From: Paramoeba atlantica | Taxonomy: Eukaryota > Protista > Discosea | Assembly: GCA_977017575.1 (NCBI GenBank) | Contig: CDRNVI010000002.1 | Span: 186,001-250,000 of the forward strand | Direction of reading: 5' to 3' | DNA length: 64,000 nt | In this document: positions 62,729 to 64,000 of the stretch, piece by piece | Layout: every line of letters starts with the position of its first letter | Position numbering within the stretch: the first letter of the stretch is position 1 | Position numbers and translations under genes: made by a program | Notes under the pieces: generated by a model | Told to the model about the DNA's origin: nothing | The model's database searches: none | The model's input: only the letters and a program-made list of their open reading frames with translations

Positions 62729-63191
62729 ATGTAGGGACTAATTTCGTCAAAGACGAAGTTTACGTAGGCAAAATATAGGTTTTTCAGAAGTATCTGGAAT
62801 AATCTTCAGAAGTGTTAATATTTCTCAAAGTGTTTTATCAGTCCTCTAGCTAGCCTTATTTGCATAATATTACTATTGAAGTACATCCGAAAATCGCATG
62901 TTTTCTATTTACAGGACTTTAATGCCGTTAAGTTCTACATGTGTATTTCGTTAATCTAGAAATTTTCTAGGTTGGGATCCTCCTATAAGCCTTATTAAGG
63001 TCTACCACGTACTATACAGTGCAGTATAAAGTCCACGAAGCTTCTACAAGAATCCTTAGAGCAATAGTAAACCCCTCACATACTGCGCATTATCTAGTAA
63101 GACTTTTTCTAAACTTGGGAAAACTCCCAAGGGATTGTTCGATCACGTTCCATAAAACCAGTAGAAGACAAGGAACAACGCCATAGCATTA

Positions 63192-63833
63192 TTATGAGGC
63201 ATCTGAACTTTTTTCCGACGTCACATCGTCCATGCGCGCATCTACACATTTACGAAAGGCATCGACGATTGGAGCGCACTTCACGATTTCTTCCTTGTCA
63301 TAAACATTTCCCTTTTTCGATTCCCTAAAACATTTTTGGATAGCCACTTCCTCGTCTTGACAGAAAGGTTCGTGATACTGTTTTTCAAAAGACCCATCTC
63401 GCACAACGTCATGCAAAAGGTCTTGAATGAGATTCGATTCGTTCTCAATGTTCATGAGAATTTTTTCCGAATCAGTTAATTCTCTATTTCCTGATTTCAG
63501 CGCCCCCGAAGTGCAAGAATTCTTTTCTTGAGCAAAAGCTTTCGGCAACTCGAAAAATGATCCAATAAGCCGAGCTACGCTTCCTACTTCTTTTGTAATT
63601 GTGTCTTGGGCTAACTTTAATGTGGTTTGAAGAGTTCTCACACCTTGCACTTCTTGAGTTTTACCTGGAAGGAGCTCGGGATAATGCCGCAGACCTTTCG
63701 GAAACACATGCTCTTTGGACGCCAGACCCAAATTCACCAGTAGAAGTCCCACTTTTATTTGATCTTCGTGCTCTTTTCGAATATCATCCAGCATTCGAGA
63801 ACTGGAAGGATGATTCCAATTTCCACTTTCCAT
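63192..63833 (-). CDS. Twin CX9C (CHCH) intermembrane-space protein, Mic19/CHCHD3-like layout
   Basis: C-terminal CQDEEVAIQKC ... CAPIVDAFRKC after a coiled-coil region. Confidence 0.7.
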   Translation of the reverse strand: MESGNWNHPSSSRMLDDIRKEHEDQIKVGLLLVNLGLASKEHVFPKGLRHYPELLPGKTQEVQGVRTLQTTLKLAQDTITKEVGSVARLIGSFFELPKAFAQEKNSCTSGALKSGNRELTDSEKILMNIENESNLIQDLLHDVVRDGSFEKQYHEPFCQDEEVAIQKCFRESKKGNVYDKEEIVKCAPIVDAFRKCVDARMDDVTSEKSSDAS

Positions 63834-64000
63834 TTAAAAAGTAGTATTTTCCTTTTCGTTCGAATAATCCCTGACGTTAAGTTAAACATTTCCGAAACTA
63901 ATGTCTTCCGTTTTAAGTGACGCCTGTAATTCCTCACTACATTAAATTAATGAAGATTGTTAATACAATGTACCATACTTTCTACTCATAAAAAGAAAGT

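Noticed and set aside
1-64000. Spliced-leader RNA gene, rRNA, retroelement (RT/ingi/SIDER) or reassigned stop codons
   Set aside because: No recognisable sequences seen by eye, and conserved proteins translate uninterrupted under the standard code.

Overview
Eukaryotic, intronless sequence. All 32 supportable protein genes lie head-to-tail on the minus strand, which is the directional (polycistronic) gene-cluster layout of kinetoplastids. The prohibitin sequence also looks kinetoplastid. A reduced basal lineage such as a Perkinsela-like prokinetoplastid is plausible but not proven. The genes are mostly housekeeping or mitochondrial: PIF1, a GNL3-like protein, IMPACT, STT3, proteasome alpha7, MscS, DMC1, SRPK, CacyBP, SBDS, PHB1, small Tim, PPR and helical-repeat proteins, and a probable PNUTS. 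The intergenic DNA from 1 to 34 kb is packed with cut-and-paste DNA transposon remnants from at least three superfamilies: Merlin, Tc1/mariner (about nine TA-flanked MITEs) and hAT. The standout is a family with 5'-CATAC...GTATG-3' ends and 6-bp target-site duplications. One copy (9710-11881) holds a frameshifted, internally deleted hAT-type transposase; the other (15068-17510) holds nested Tc1 material. Other oddities are a tRNA-Met-derived A/B-box cassette inside a MITE, a series of perfect palindromes with 1-nt centres, and abrupt GC-rich islands inside genes. All assignments are by eye, with no database search.
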